Source: Dimargaris cristalligena (Eukaryota). From it: DNA of 40,023 nt. The notes beneath the pieces were generated by a model that saw only the letters and a list, made by a program, of their open reading frames with translations, was not told the origin of the DNA and made no database searches. The translations under genes were made by a program, and so were the position numbers. Of this stretch, positions 36,930 through 40,023 are shown one piece after another. The DNA lies in assembly GCA_003614675.1 (NCBI GenBank), contig ML002342.1:1-40023 (forward strand). The letters are read 5' to 3'. Position 1 is the stretch's first letter, and the number at the start of each line of letters is the position of its first letter.

Positions 36930-38951
36930 ATGCTCGGGATTCCCTCGGTGACCTATACTCGAGCCACTTGGGCACGCTCGCTCCTCCCGCGAATGCGGCG
37001 TCCAGGGGAGCTCCAGTACGCTCGCCCATTGCAGACCAGCTGTCGCTCTCGTCATCACCAACCTTCCCCAGGCTTGCCGTCCGATACGACCGCCCCCACT
37101 TCACCCGAGCTCGGGGTGGGGGATTTAAGCCCCACGATCCGCCAGGTGCTGACCACCTCCACGGATGGCCAGGCCGTCACTCTCCAGGGGTGGGTGCGTT
37201 CGGTGCGCAAACAAAAGGCCCGTTCCTTTATTGAACTCCACGACGGTTCCACGGCGGCCGGGATTCAAGTGGTAGTCAACCACTCCATTTCGACAGCTTC
37301 GGACGAAACTTCGGGCGGAAACCGCGCGGAGAAGGGCGATCCGGGTACGGCTGGCTTGTCGGCTGAGGTCACGACGGGGGCTAGTTTACGGATTGACGGG
37401 GTGTTGGCCGCCAGTCCCGGGGGTAAACAGGATCGGGAATTACAGGCGGATCAATTAGTCGTACTGGGGACATGTCCTACTGACACGTACCCATTGCAAA
37501 AGAAGTTCCATAGTACAGAGTTTCTCCGGAGTATACCCCATCTGCGACCCCGCACGCGGACATTTAACAACCTTATGCGGGTACGAGATATGGCTACCCA
37601 TCGATTCAATACGTTCCTGCACGTAAGTTTATTTTTTAAATCAAATACGTCGATTCTGATGGTAGCAATAGTCGTCTTGCGAATGAAGAAGGCCCAGTCT
37701 TGTTGGACTCATTATCTGGGGAACGGTGGGGGGAGTGTATACCACAATTGAAAATAATGGGAGGTCGTCATTAAATCTAATGCGACTTGAACGATTCCAC
37801 CTTCTTATTATGTTCTTTAACAGGAACAAGACTTCGTCCAGGTCCACACCCCCATTTTGACCTCCCACGACTGTGAAGGCGGGGGTGAAGTATTCAAAGT
37901 GGTCAGCAACCCCAAATCCGACTCGACAACGGTAGCCCCACTTTCTGGTTCCCCATCAACTACGGCTCCCGCCGAGTTCTTCGGTCGCCCCACCTTTACC
38001 ACCGTCTCGGCCCAACTGCACGCGGAAGTTATGACCCAGGCGTTTAACCGGGTTTACACCTTCAACCCCACGTTCCGGGCCGAACCCTCCATGACCAGTC
38101 GCCATTTGGCCGAATTCTGGATGCTCGAAGCGGAGATGGCGTTCCTCACCGATTTGACCCCGCTGCTGGATTTTACCGAACGCATGATTAAGGATGTGGT
38201 GGGTTACGTGCGGAACCACGCCGACGCAGAACTGAGTCATTTGGAAAAGTGGGGTATCCCGGCGGCGGCTTCTAACACCAGTGGCCCCCCGACCCCGTCG
38301 AGACGAAAGTCCAGGACCGCCTCGCCATCGGCGGCCGTGACCCCTCCAATGACGACCACGACGGCACCGGCCAGTCGACCGCTGGCCCTACGCCAGGTGT
38401 GGGAGGCCCTCTTGGACCGACCCTTTGCCCGCATGACCTACACCGCCGCCGTGACGGAACTCCAAGCCCACGCCGCCCGTCACCCGGACGCCTTCAAATT
38501 CCCCGTGGTGTGGGGTCGCGACCTCCAGATTGAGCACGAACTATGGTTGGCCGAAACGTTATGCCGGGGACCGGTGTTTGTAACTGACTATCCCGCGGCC
38601 CTCAAGGCATTTTATATGAAGGCCAACAACTATTCTACAAGGGTCGGGACTTCAGCCTTGGAAGAAGGACGCGCCACCGTGGCCAGTGTGGATCTATTGG
38701 TCCCCGGACCAGGGGAGTTAATGGGCGGGAGTCTACGTGAACATAATGTCGACGTTTTAGAGCAGAAGATTCAAATGGTGGGTCTTCCGCTAGAGGACTA
38801 CCAATGGTATTTGGACCTTCGCCGCTACGGGTCCGTGCCCCACGGGGGGTTCGGAATTGGTTTCGACCGGTTTATCCAGATGATAACTGGGATGGATAGT
38901 ATCCGAGATGTTATTCCCTTCCCCCGGTACGTTGGGCATTGTCAGCTTTAG
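36930..38951 (+). CDS. SLM5: Asparaginyl-tRNA synthetase, mitochondrial (NARS2/SLM5 type); 2 exons: 36930-37622, 37824-38951; 606 aa
   Basis: OB-fold GWVRSVRKQK..FIELHDGS; YPLQKK..STEFLRSIPHLRPRT; motif 1 region HTPILTSHDCEGGGEVF; TVSAQLHAE; motif 2 PTFRAEPSMTSRHLAEFWMLEAE; motif 3 WYLDLRRYGSVPHGGFGIGFDR. The Arg-rich, acid-poor N terminus fits a mitochondrial presequence. Phase-0 GTAAGT...CAG intron. Confidence 0.96.
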
Positions 38952-39870
38952 TGCAAGTTAGCTGGTAGTTATTATTTTGGTGATTTTGCTCTTAGAGTAG
39001 GTTTTATATATAACGCTAAAGAAATCAAAATAAAGTAATCATTTCTAAAGAGGATCTACTAAGCATTCATATCACTCTAAACGGCATGCTGGTGTTGTGG
39101 CCGGGCCTGCTTAATCTCTAATAGCATATCCCGGTCAAACTATTTGTTTAGAAAAGATGAAGAACATCACCGAAGGTCAGGCTTCATCTTTTCCCACCCA
39201 TTTATAGGCCATTCGATGGCTAGCCCACCTTTCCAGTATTCAGTATTCATAGTTATTATTCGTAGCTCGAGGATCTTTTAGTTATAGAAGTCTGGGGCAT
39301 ATCCCCAGACTTAGCACCTCTAAAGCCGCCAACATTGGCGGCCTTCTTTATTCTATTTGTCCAAGTACCATCATAGCGCCAGTAAGTCGCTGTTCAATTT
39401 TATATAAATACCCATTAGGTATTATCTTAATAAAGACAAGCTGTTTTTACACCAGAATAGTTTACCATTAAGTTTTATTTCGATCCCCGGTCTTGTTCTA
39501 TCCACGTCGTCATTTGGCCCAAGCCCATTCATTGTGCCTTGCTGCCTCGTACTAGAAGGATCCCTGAGTGATCCTTGGTTGTCCAGTTGTATCTGTCTTA
39601 AGATCAGATCAGAATCGTCCCCGCCGAGTGTGTGTTTCCTATAGTTAGCTAGTTTTACCCCCGGACTGTCACTGCTCCAGCTGGCCCTGATAGGGTTATC
39701 AAGCTATATTATATTGTGGTATTAAGTCCGACCACAACACTGGGTATTTTCTAGGGGTGTAGATAATGCCAGAATAGAAGTTTAATCGGTTGAGTGCAAG
39801 TGGTGATAGATGCAAATATATGAGCACGAATTTTGGTTAAGCAGGTGGGTGGTACTAGTGGTTATAAATT

Positions 39871-39903
39871 TTATACAAGACTGAATAAAAGAAAAATGTC
39901 GAT
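39871..39903 (-). CDS. Possible terminal exon of a gene that starts beyond the window (IDIFLLFSLV* if phase 0)
   Basis: The minus strand shows a long polypyrimidine tract ending tccgcAG at 39904. The phase is unknown; another frame stays open to 39782. Confidence 0.3.
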   Translation of the reverse strand: MDIFLLFSLV

Positions 39904-40023
39904 CTGCGGAGGGTGGGGGGGAGAGAGAAAAAAGTGTTGGAAAAAGCAAAATAAATAAGTCCCGGGCAGTCCAAAACAAATTGAAAATGATAATGGTAAT
40001 CAGTAACACCCAAAGTGAAGGGA

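Overview
Eukaryotic genomic DNA with GT-AG spliceosomal introns and CTAAC/CTGAC branch sites, almost certainly fungal. Gene style suggests an early-diverging lineage such as Zoopagomycota (impression only). Seven protein genes were reconstructed by hand with frame-consistent splicing: an SLC18-like MFS transporter (-), a small strongly cationic secreted protein (-), a divergent 357-aa probably secreted orphan (+), a single-exon HMG-box regulator (+), the DASH subunit Dad1 (-), an 8-exon C2H2 zinc-finger/helical protein (+) and mitochondrial asparaginyl-tRNA synthetase (+). An eighth, unknown gene (+, 13970-15674) has a 10-nt microexon and frame anomalies, and a possible last exon of another gene lies at the right edge. 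No rRNA, tRNA, CRISPR array or transposon was recognised. Most notable observations: (1) a second HMG box split by a ~95-aa insertion; (2) a dual-frame segment and a candidate poison or frameshifted exon in the unknown gene; (3) canonical-looking introns downstream of the DAD1 stop codon; (4) an ~12-kb gene-free region upstream of the HMG gene with a 3x25-bp repeat at a strand-composition switch; (5) a divergent pair of secreted orphan proteins. None is established as a new system from sequence alone.
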